A stretch of 64,000 nt of DNA from Malacoraja senta (lineage: Eukaryota): assembly GCA_038087875.1 (NCBI GenBank), contig CM075996.1, positions 3,040,001-3,104,000 on the forward strand. The letters are read 5' to 3'. The first letter of the stretch is position 1; every line of letters begins with the position of its first letter. A model generated the notes under the pieces. It saw only the letters and a program-made list of their open reading frames with translations, had not been told where the DNA came from and searched no databases. Positions 1-10,800 of the stretch are shown here, one piece after another. The position numbers and the translations under genes were made by a program.

Positions 1-700
1 TCAACATCTTCTGAGGAGACGTCTGGTCTGCACTGAGACCACAGTGTTCCCACACACTATTTGGGCCAGTGTTGGTTGGGCTTACCCTGAATTATTGGAC
101 CTACTTTAAGGAGATGACGTGGAGCTTTCCTTCCAGAGGAAGTGCCTTATCTCCAGGCTCTTTGATCACCTTAAGTATGTCAGTAAAATCTCAGTTTTCG
201 TTGGATAGCTGTTATGCTAGCAGTGGGCATGAATGACTAACACACAGTTAGAACATTGCAAAGTCCCAGTTGTAGAAACTGCAGATTCTGCTTAATACAC
301 AAAAGGACACAAAGCCTGGAGTAAGTTCATAAGCGATAGGGGTAGAATTAGGCCGTTCGGCCCATCAAGTCTACTCCGCCATTCAGTCATAGCTGATCTA
401 TCTCTCCCTCCTAACCCCATTCCCCTGCCTTCTCTCCATAACCCCTGACACCCGTACTAATCAAGAATCTATCTATATCTGCTTTAGATTGACTATCCAT
501 TGACTTGGCCCCCACTCAGCCTTCCGTGGCAATGAATTCCACAGATTCACCACCCTCTGACTAAAGAAATCCATCCTTGTCGAGGCAGCGGGAGGTAAAG
601 ATGGAGTCAAGGGAAGGGAGGTTGGTTTGTGTAAAGGTAGACAAAAGTGCTGGAGAAACTCAGCGGGTGCAGCAGCATCTATGGAGCGAAGGAAATAGGC

Positions 701-728
701 GACGTTTCGGGCCGAAACCCTTCTTCAG
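701..728 (-). ncRNA. Minimal hammerhead ribozyme-like core
   Basis: Reverse complement CTGAAGA-a-GGGT-ttcg-GCCC-GAAACGTC. Confidence 0.55.
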
Positions 729-1161
729 TCTGGTTTGTGTGATGGTCTGGGCTGCGTCCACAGTTCGCCGCAGGTCCTTGTCCACTCTCTGTACTTCTGT
801 GAAACAGTTTCCTTACTTCTAAACTGAACTGGTTCTCTCTAAACACAAGGAGGAAGTAGATAGCGCAATGTCACCCCCCTCTCGCCCCCTGCCCACACAC
901 CACTCTACCCTGGTCCCCCTGCCTCGAACGTACTCTTTCAGATCCAAATCTCTAACTGTGCTGCTATTTTTAATTTATTTTTTGACTTAATGACGTTGGT
1001 TTATTGTTTCCATTCTGAGAACGGCTGGCAGCAGATAAGGCCAATAAGGTGGCGCAGCGGTAGAGTTGCTGCCTAATAACAGCGCTTGCAGGCAGCGGGA
1101 CAGGCAGCATCTCTGGGGAGAAGGAATGGGTGATGTTTTGGGTCAAGACGTCCAGACCAGT

Positions 1162-1189
1162 CTGAAGAAGGGTCTTGACCCGAAACGTC
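1162..1189 (+). ncRNA. Minimal hammerhead ribozyme-like core in a Penelope-like end
   Basis: CTGAAGA-a-GGGTC-tt-GACCC-GAAACGTC. Confidence 0.55.
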
Positions 1190-1850
1190 GCCCATTCCTT
1201 CTCCCCAGAGATGCTGCCTGTCCCGCTGAGTTACTCCAGCATTTTGTGTATAAATGCAAATGTTTTCATACCCTGTGCTATGAAATGCTTATCTTGGCCA
1301 TTGTTCCTGCTTTCCCCCCTCCGCTACAATCAGGTTGAAGAAAGGGCCCCAACCCAAAACCTCCCTGGTCTATGTTCTCAAGAGTCGGCAGTGTTTTATT
1401 GTCAAAGATAGACACAAAATGCTGGAGTAACTCAGCGGGTCAGACAGCATCTCTGGAGAGAAGGAATGGGTGACGTTTCGGGTGGGGTCTGACACGCTGA
1501 GTTATTCCACAGGCTCGTGTCTATATGCAAGAGTTGCAGGTTTTGAGGATGAGGGGTGATTCCGAAGAGGTGTATAAGATCACGTGAGGACAGATGCATA
1601 GTCTTTTACCCAGAGTAAGGGAATGAAGTACCAGGCGTTTTAGGTTTAAGGTGAGAGGAGGAAGATTGAATAGAAACCTGAGGGGCAACGTTTTCACACG
1701 GATGGTTGGTGCATGGAACGAGCTTCAGGAGGAGGTAGTTGAGGCAGGTGCTATAACAATATTTTAAACACATTCGGGCAGGTACATGGAAAGGAAAAAT
1801 GTAGAGGAAAATTGGGCAAATGTGGGCAGGTGGGACAAGTGTAGATGGGG

Positions 1851-2305
1851 CATGTTGGTTGGCATGGTCAAGTTGGGCCGAAGGGCCTGTTGGTTGGCAT
1901 GGTCAAGTTGGGCTGAAGGGCATGTTGGTTGGCATGGTCAAGTTGGGCTGAAGGGCCTGTTGGTTGGCATGGTCAAGTTGGGCCGAAGGGCCTGTTGGTT
2001 GGCATGGTCAAGTTGGGCCGAAGGGCATGTTGGTTGGCATGGTCAAGTTGGGCCAAAGGGCCTGTTGGTTGGCATGGTCAAGTTGGGCCGAAGGGCATGT
2101 TGGTTGGCATGGTCAAGTTGGGCCGAAAGGCCTGTTGGTTGGCATGGTCAAGTTGGGCCGAAGGGCCTGTTGGTTGGCATGGTCAAGTTGGGCTGAAGGG
2201 CCTGTTGGTTGGCATGGTCAAGTTGGGCCGAAGGGCCTGTTGGTTGGCATGGTCAAGTTGGGCTGAAGGGCATGTTGGTTGGCATGGTCAAGTTGGGCCG
2301 AAGGG
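1851..2305 (+). repeat. 35-bp minisatellite, 13 units, derived from a CR1/HER1-type LINE 3' tail
   Basis: Unit c(a/c)tgttggttggcatggtcaagttgggccgaaggg, embedded in a CR1 3' end (about 1535-2335). Confidence 0.95.
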
Positions 2306-4149
2306 CCTGTTTCCATGCGGTATGACCGGGTGACTCTAACTTCCTTCCAATATGTTCTCAGCTGCCCTTGTGTCTCCACTTCACTGTATCACAGGCACAT
2401 ATACTCAGGCAGCTCGCAAAAAAAAAACAATTTATGTATGGCTTGTACAGAAATTACACACCCTTCCAGATCTAGTTTCAAAATGTCTCAGTGTACTTTC
2501 ATTCACTCAAGATCGATAATAGTTAGGTGACGTTTCGGGTAGGGACTCTTGAGATGGGACCCAAAACCTTTGCCTATCCAAGTTCTCCAGGGTTGCCGCC
2601 TGACCCCGCTGAGTTACTCCAGCACTTTGTGTCTTCTCTTTCAGTAAACCGGCATGTGCCGTTTGTTCCTCGTGTCTGCTCCATATGTGGAGGCTGGCAG
2701 TTGGCGTACAGAGATGGGAAAGAATAAATAATAAGCTTGGTTCACGACTGCATCTTCGGCAGCGGCTGTTATTAGTCAGGCTGCTGAACATTTTCATCGT
2801 GTGGTTGCACATACATTCAAAATAAATTCGGCAGCACCCAGAGAGAGAAAAAAAAGATTCACGCATTGTGGACAGGGGGAGGCAATTTGCATAGTGCAAA
2901 GTCCAAAGAGCTGAGGCTCGGTTGGGTTGGGGCGGTGAACCAGTTTAGCACCTTTCTAATGGTTCTTGGCTTGCTGCGATGTGCCGTCCATCCGTCCATC
3001 TCTGCTGTGTATGGGCGTAAGCCACAGTCCTGTTTTTAGTTAGCAAGCTCGCCGCTGTCCTTTTAACCCTCTGTTCAGTTTCCGCGCTGTGTCTCCAAAG
3101 TAACGTGAAGTCAAGTCAATGTTCTCCCCCCTCTGTGACCGTGTGGGTTTCTTCCGAGTCCTTCTGGGTTTCCTCCCACATGACAAAGGCGTGCGGGTTT
3201 GTAGATTAATTGGCTTCTGTAAGTTTGTAGAATGCAAAACTGGGATAGCATAGAACTAGTGTGAGCGGGTGATCGATGTTCAGCGTGGACTCTGTGGGCC
3301 GAAGGGCCTGTTTCCACGTTGCATCTCCCAACCAAACTAAATTAAGCTTAACTAAACTAAACTTAACTACACAAAACTAAACTGTGGGGTCATATCCTAT
3401 TGACCTTTTTAAAGTCTATCCAGACGTCATGATCACCTGCCATCCTTTGTCCTGCCCCTCCTGTCTTCCAGCTTTCTCCCCCTCCCCCCCCCCCCACCCT
3501 CCCCCTGACAATCAGTCTGAAGTAAGTAAGTAAGTAAGTTTATTGGCCAAGTATTCACATACAAGGAATTTGCCTTGGTGCTCCGCCCACAAGTAACAAC
3601 ATGACATACAGCGACAGTTACAAATGACTCAGAAAACACTAAACATTAATAATAATAAAACATTAATGATAAAACACCATTGATCAAGCATGTGAACCAA
3701 CAAAATACCAGATCAAAGGGAGGCGACAGATTTTTGGCTGTTGAGTAGAGCAACTACTCGTGGATAAAGACTGTTTTTATGTCTGGCTGTGGCAGCCAGG
3801 GTCCCATGTGAAGAAGGGTCCCATACCGAAACGCCATCTATCCATCTTCTCTAGGGATGCTGCCTGACCACTGAGTTCATCCAAAACTTTGTGTCCTTTT
3901 GTGTCTAAAAGCCACTTCAATGTGGTATCCGTCTCTGAGCAGGGTCTAGGTAACAGAGTGGCTTCTTGCTCAAGGATGAGACTCTTTAAGGTGTGGGTTT
4001 TGTTAGGATGGAAGTCAGCAAATTTAACGACAAACACACGCCAGCTTCCAGCGTCGCCATTCATAAGTGATAGGAGCAGAATTAGGCCATTCAGCCCATC
4101 AAGTCTAATCTGCCATTCAATCATGGCTGTTCTTTCTTTCCCTCTCAAC

Positions 4150-4507
4150 CCAAGACAGACGTGAAGCTCACCGTTTGACCTGTTTTTACAAAATGTTAAA
4201 TGGTCAGCTCAACATAGATTACAAGACCTACACCAAACCCAAACCAATTAGGAGCAGACGAGGACATTCGATCCAATTTGAGATTCCAGCTACCAAGACA
4301 GATGTGTACAGCAATTCATTCTTCCCCCGCACAATTAAAGCATGGAATAATCTTCACCCTACCATAGTTACCCAACCAGATGCAACTAAATTTAAGGTAG
4401 CTATTTCTTCCCAAAAACCCTTTCTAGCTTAAGTCCTCCCTCCACCACCTCCAGTTTAAATTCCATTTGGAATATTTTGGAGGACCAAGAAACCAAGAAC
4501 CAAGAAC
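4150..4507 (+). mobile_element. CR1/L2-group LINE 3' fragment with (CCAAGAA)n tail
   Basis: ORF end ...DVYSNSFFPRTIKAWNNL. Similar copies at about 6395-7240 (interrupted) and 31255-31665 (minus). Confidence 0.75.
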
Positions 4508-5970
4508 CCCATTCTCCTGCCTTCTCCCCATAACCCCTGACACCCGTACTAATCAAGAATCTGTCAACTTCTGCCTTAGAAATATCCATTGACTTGGCCT
4601 CCACAGATTCACCACCCTCTGACTAAAGAAATTCCTCCTCATCTCCTTCCTAAAGGAACGTCCTTTAATTCTGAAGCTACGCCGTCTGGTCCTGGACCTT
4701 CTCCACGTCCACTCTATCCAGGCCTTTAAATTGTCCCTGGACTCCAGATGCATAGAAACGTAGAAAATTTGGTGCAGGAGTAGGCCATTCGGCCCTTCGA
4801 GCCAGCACTGCTATTCAATATGATCATGGCTGATCATCTAAAATCATCTAAAAGCGTTCCTGCTTTTGCCCCATATCCCTTGATTCCTTTAGCCCAAAGA
4901 GCTATATCTAACTCTCTGCAAAGGACGAGTGAAGTTCTCAGTGCAGTTCCCGATGTTGGGGGAGTCCAGAACCAGGGGCCACAGTTTAAGAATAAGGGGT
5001 AAGCCATTTAGAACGGAGACGAGGAAACACTTTTTCACACAGAGAGTTGTGGATCTGTGGAATTCTCTGCCTCAGAGGGCGGTGGTGGCCGGTTCTCTGG
5101 ATACTTTCAAGAGAGAGCTAGATAGGGCTCTTAAGGATAGTGGAGTCAGGGGATATGGGGAGAAGGCAGGAACGGGGTACTGATTGGGGATGATCAGCCA
5201 TGATCGCATTGAATGGCGGTGCTAGCTCGAAGGGCTGAATGGCCTACTCCTGCACCTATTGTCTAGTGTCTGTTGCACAGATGCACCGGGAACACAATGA
5301 AAATGTGAGCCTTTAATGAGGTGAAAGATTGTTTGTGGTCTGTGGTTAGCTGCTGGGAAGAAAACAGGAAATAATAAGTGTTGATTGGAAGTGGCACCAA
5401 CAAGTAGCTGATGCAGCAGTGAGCTCAGCTACACTCTGTTTCCCCTTTCTCCCTCTCCCTCAAAAGTTCTCCTGCCAGAAACATTCTAATAGTGCTGAGA
5501 GACAGCTATTAATCCCACGTCCGGGACTGCAGAGGAAGAACTGTGAATGCTCATCTAATTCACCTCCACACCGTGGGGCGGAACGGTAGAGTTGCTGCCT
5601 CCCACCACCACAGACCCGGGTTCGATCCTGACGACGGGAGCTGTCCGTACAGAATTTTGTACGGGAGGGTTTTCTCTGGTCTCCTCCCACATTCCGAACA
5701 CGCACACACAGGTTTGTAGGTTAATTGGCTTGGTAAAATCGTACATTGTCCCTCCTGTGTGTAGGGTAGTGTTAGTGTGCGGGGATCGCTGGTAGGCACG
5801 GACTTGGTGGGCTGAAGGGTCTGTTTCCGCGCTATGTCTCTAAACCAAACTTTCACCCACATCCTACTCACTGATCCCTTACACCAGCGTCTAGTAATCA
5901 ACAACTCAGACTCTCTTTATTTTCAAATGCTCCCCTGCCCGCTACAATCCCTTACCCAGTAAACGTGGTC

Positions 5971-6270
5971 GGCACGGTGGCTCAGCGGTAGAGTTGCTGC
6001 CTCACAGCGCCAGAGACCAAGGGTTCCATCCTGACCCACGGCTGCCGTCTGTACAGAGTTTGTACGTTCTCCCTGGGACCTGCGTGGGTTTTCTCCGGGT
6101 GCTCCGGTTTCCTCCCACACACTCCAACGACGTACAGGTTTCTTTTGGTTAATTGGCTTGGTAAAATTGTACATTGTCCCTCGTGTGTGCAGGAGTGTTA
6201 GTGTACGGGGGTCGCTGGTCGGCACGGACTCGGCAGGCCGAAGGGCCTGTTTCCGCGCTGCATCTCTAAA
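5971..6270 (+). mobile_element. HE1-like tRNA-derived V-SINE (representative copy)
   Basis: tRNA-like head ggcacggtggctcagcggtagag, V-domain gggttttctccgggtgctccggtttcctcccaca, CR1-type tail gggccgaagggcctgtttcc. Dozens of copies in the window. Confidence 0.85.
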
Positions 6271-6539
6271 CCAAGAACAGGCGATGTGGTGCGAAGAGCG
6301 GGGGAATGATAGAGAGGGTGTCTTTTCCTACTCGGCCCAGAGACTTATTTGCAGGCCTCAGATTTTCTGTAAGCTCGATTTGTTACTAATGCCTATGAGA
6401 GAGAAGCGAGTGTTACCAAACTCTTGAATTCACTTGTCGGGGTGGAACCCTCTCCAAGACAGACGTGAAGCTCACCGTTTGACCTGTTTTTACAAAATGT
6501 TAAATGGCCAGCTCGACATAGAGTACAAGACCAACACCA

Positions 6540-6963
6540 AAGGCTCTGACCTCCCTTCCATCGAGGGGATCTATCGCAGTCGCTGCCTCAAAAAGGCTGG
6601 CAGCATCATCAAGGACCCACACCATCCTGGCCACACACTCATCTCCCTGCTACCTTCAGGTAGAAGGTACAGGAGCCTGAAGACTGCAACGACCAGGTTC
6701 AGGAATACCTACTTCCCCACAGCCATCAGGCTATTAGACTTGGCTCGGACAAAACTCTGAACATTAATAGCCCATTATCTGTTATTCGCACTTTATCAGT
6801 TTATTTATTCATGTGTGTATTTACGTATATAATGGTATATGGACACACTGATCTGTTTTGTAGTCAATGCCTGCTATGTTCTGTTGTGCTGAAGCAAAGC
6901 AAGAATTTCATTGTCCTGTCAGGGACACATGACAATGAACTCTCTTGACTTGACTTGACTTGA
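6540..6963 (+). mobile_element. Rex1/Babar-like LINE 3' fragment nested in the preceding LINE family
   Basis: LPSIEGIYRSRCLKKAGSIIKDPHHPGHTLISLLPSGRRYRS...FPTAIRLL, with (CTTGA)n tail. Confidence 0.75.
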
Positions 6964-7682
6964 AGCCAAACCAATTAGGAGCAGACGAGGGCATTCGATC
7001 CAATTTGTGATTCCAGCTACCAAGACAGATGTGTACAGCAATTGGTTCTTCCCCCGCACAATTAAAGCATGGAATAATCTTCACCCTACCATAGTTACCC
7101 AACCAGATGCAACTAAATTTAAGGTAGCTCTTTCTTCCCAAAAACCCTTTGTGGCTTAAGTCCTCCCTCCACCACCTCCAGTTTAAATTCCATTTGGAAT
7201 ATTTTGGAGGACCAAGAAACCAAGAACCAAGAACCAAGAAAACTAAACTAAATTTCCTCACCAAACCATGTCACGTGTACCAAGGTACAGGGGGAAGCTT
7301 TGTTTTACATGCTACCCAGTCAAATCAGATGAAACCTTACATAAATATAACGAAGCCAAATTCAAGTACAATTAGCAGAGTGAAGAGAAAGATTCAAAGT
7401 GCAGAATACAACTTCTCAGCATTGTGGGGAAACAGTTCAAAATAAGCGGGTTCCAGGCAAACCATAGACTGGCACGGTGGCGCAGAGGTAGAGTTGCTGC
7501 CTCACAGCGCCAGAGACCCCAGTTCAATCCTGACCGCGGGTGCTGTCCGTGTGGAGTTTGCACGTTCTCCCCGTGACCTGCGTGGGTTTTCTCCGGGTGC
7601 TCCGGTTTCCTCCCACACCCCAAAGACGGGCAGATATGCAGGTTAAACGGCTTGACGGCATTGTAAATTATCCCAAGTGTGA

Positions 7683-7882
7683 NNNNNNNNNNNNNNNNNN
7701 NNNNNNNNNNNNNNNNNNNNNNNNNNNNNNNNNNNNNNNNNNNNNNNNNNNNNNNNNNNNNNNNNNNNNNNNNNNNNNNNNNNNNNNNNNNNNNNNNNNN
7801 NNNNNNNNNNNNNNNNNNNNNNNNNNNNNNNNNNNNNNNNNNNNNNNNNNNNNNNNNNNNNNNNNNNNNNNNNNNNNNNNNN
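7683..7882. other. Assembly gap (200 N)
   Basis: Run of N between the two duplicate copies. Confidence 1.
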
Positions 7883-10800
7883 AGCGATAGGGGTAGAATT
7901 AGGCCGTTCGGCCCATCAAGTCTACTCCGCCATTCAGTCATAGCTGATCTATCTCTCCCTCCTAACCCCATTCCCCTGCCTTCTCTCCATAACCCCTGAC
8001 ACCCGTACTAATCAAGAATCTATCTATATCTGCTTTAGATTGACTATCCATTGACTTGGCCCCCACTCAACCTTCCGTGGCAATGAATTCCACAGATTCA
8101 CCACCCTCTGACTAAAGAAATCCATCCTTGTCGAGGCAGCGGGAGGTAAAGATGGAGTCAAGGGAAGGGAGGTTGGTTTGTGTAAAGGTAGACAAAAGTG
8201 CTGGAGAAACTCAGCGGGTGCAGCAGCATCTATGGAGCGAAGGAAATAGGCGACGTTTCGGGCCGAAAACCCTTCTTCAGTCTGGTTTGTGTGATGGTCT
8301 GGGCTGCGTCCACAGTTCGCCGCAGGTCCTTGTCCACTCTCTGTACTTCTGTGAAACAGTTTCCTTACTTCTAAACTGAACTGGTTCTCTCTAAACACAA
8401 GGAGGAAGTAGATAGCGCAATGTCACCCCCCTCTCGCCCCCTGCCCACACACCACTCTACCCTGGTCCCCCTGCCTCGAACGTACTCTTTCAGATCCAAA
8501 TCTCTAACTGTGCTGCTATTTTTAATTTATTTTTGACTTAATGACGTTGGTTTATTGTTTCCATTCTGAGAACGGCTGGCAGCAGATAAGGCCAATAAGG
8601 TGGCGCAGCGGTAGAGTTGCTGCCTAATAACAGCGCTTGCAGGCAGCGGGACAGGCAGCATCTCTGGGGAGAAGGAATGGGTGATGTTTTGGGTCAAGAC
8701 GTCCAGACCAGTCTGAAGAAGGGTCTTGACCCGAAACGTCGCCCATTCCTTCTCCCCAGAGATGCTGCCTGTCCCGCTGAGTTACTCCAGCATTTTGTGT
8801 ATAAATGCAAATGTTTTCATACCCTGTGCTATGAAATGCTTATCTTGGCCATTGTTCCTGCTTTCCCCCCTCCGCTACAATCAGGTTGAAGAAAGGGCCC
8901 CAACCCAAAACCTCCCTGGTCTATGTTCTCAAGAGTCGGCAGTGTTTTATTGTCAAAGATAGACACAAAATGCTGGAGTAACTCAGCGGGTCAGACAGCA
9001 TCTCTGGAGAGAAGGAATGGGTGACGTTTCGGGTGGGGTCTGACACGCTGAGTTATTCCACAGCCTCGTGTCTATATGCAAGAGTTGCAGGTTTTGAGGA
9101 TGAGGGGTGATTCCGAAGAGGTGTATAAGATCACGTGAGGACAGATGCATAGTCTTTTACCCAGAGTAAGGGAATGAAGTACCAGGCGTTTTAGGTTTAA
9201 GGTGAGAGGAGGAAGATTGAATAGAAACCTGAGGGGCAACGTTTTCACACGGATGGTTGGTGCATGGAACGAGCTTCAGGAGGAGGTAGTTGAGGCAGGT
9301 GCTATAACAATATTTTAAACACATTCGGGCAGGTACATGGAAAGGAAAAATGTAGAGGAAAATTGGGCAAATGTGGGCAGGTGGGACAAGTGTAGATGGG
9401 GCATGTTGGTTGGCATGGTCAAGTTGGGCCGAAGGGCCTGCTGCTTGGCATGGTCAAGTTGGGCCGAAGGGCCTGTTGGTTGGCATGGTCAAGTTGGGCC
9501 GAAAGGCCTGTTGGTTGGCATGGTCAAGTTGGGCCGAAGGGCATGTTGGTTGGCATGGTCAAGTTGGGCCGAAGGGCCTGTTGGTTGGCATGGTCAAGTT
9601 GGGCCGAAGGGCCTGTTGGTTGGCATGGTCAAGTTGGGCCGAAGGGCATGTTGGTTGGCATGGTCAAGTTGGGCCGAAAGGCCTGTTGGTTGGCATGGTC
9701 AAGTTGGGCCGAAGGGCCTGTTGGTTGGCATGGTCAAGTTGGGCTGAAGGGCATGTTGGTTGGCATGGTCAAGTTGGGCTGAAGGGCCTGTTGGTTGGCA
9801 TGGTCAAGTTGGGCCGAAGGGCCTGTTGGTTGGCATGGTCAAGTTGGGCCGAAGGGCATGTTGGTTGGCATGGTCAAGTTGGGCCGAAGGGCATGTTGGT
9901 TGGCATGGTCAAGTTGGGCCGAAGGGCATGTTGGTTGGCATGGTCAAGTTGGGCCGAAAGGCCTGTTGGTTGGCATGGTCAAGTTGGGCCGAAGGGCCTG
10001 TTGGTTGGCATGGTCAAGTTGGGCTGAAGGGCATGTTGGTTGGCATGGTCAAGTTGGGCCGAAGGGCCTGTTTCCATGCGGTATGACCGGGTGACTCTAA
10101 CTTCCTTCCAATATGTTCTCAGCTGCCCTTGTGTCTCCACTTCACTGTATCACAGGCACATATACTCAGGCAGCTCGCAAAAAAAAAACAATTTATGTAT
10201 GGCTTGTACAGAAATTACACACCCTTCCAGATCTAGTTTCAAAATGTCTCAGTGTACTTTCATTCACTCAAGATCGATAATAGTTAGGTGACGTTTCGGG
10301 TAGGGACTCTTGAGATGGGACCCAAAACCTTTGCCTATCCAAGTTCTCCAGGGTTGCCGCCTGACCCCGCTGAGTTACTCCAGCACTTTGTGTCTTCTCT
10401 TTCAGTAAACCGGCATGTGCCGTTTGTTCCTCGTGTCTGCTCCATATGTGGAGGCTGGCAGTTGGCGTACAGAGATGGGAAAGAATAAATAATAAGCTTG
10501 GTTCACGACTGCATCTTCGGCAGCGGCTGTTATTAGTCAGGCTGCTGAACATTTTCATCGTGTGGTTGCACATACATTCAAAATAAATTCGGCAGCACCC
10601 AGAGAGAGAAAAAAAAGATTCACGCATTGTGGACAGGGGGAGGCAATTTGCATAGTGCAAAGTCCAAAGAGCTGAGGCTCGGTTGGGTTGGGGCGGTGAA
10701 CCAGTTTAGCACCTTTCTAATGGTTCTTGGCTTGCTGCGATGTGCCGTCCATCCGTCCATCTCTGCTGTGTATGGGCGTAAGCCACAGTCCTGTTTTTAG

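Larger units (their letters stand above)
332..7681 (+). repeat. Large duplication, copy 1 (about 7.35 kb)
   Basis: Near-identical to 7883-15442; offset 7551 before the VNTR and about 7761 after it. Confidence 0.97.

Noticed and set aside
1..260. Coding exon at the window start
   Set aside because: A minus-strand donor-like site exists, but the frames are short or closed and nothing is recognisable.
1851..2305. 35-bp repeat array as CRISPR or as a repeat protein (overlapping ORFs)
   Set aside because: Units are contiguous with no unique spacers and derive from a LINE tail. No cas genes; eukaryotic context.
5971..6045. tRNA genes
   Set aside because: The tRNA-like A/B boxes are SINE heads continuing into V-domain and LINE-tail sequence.
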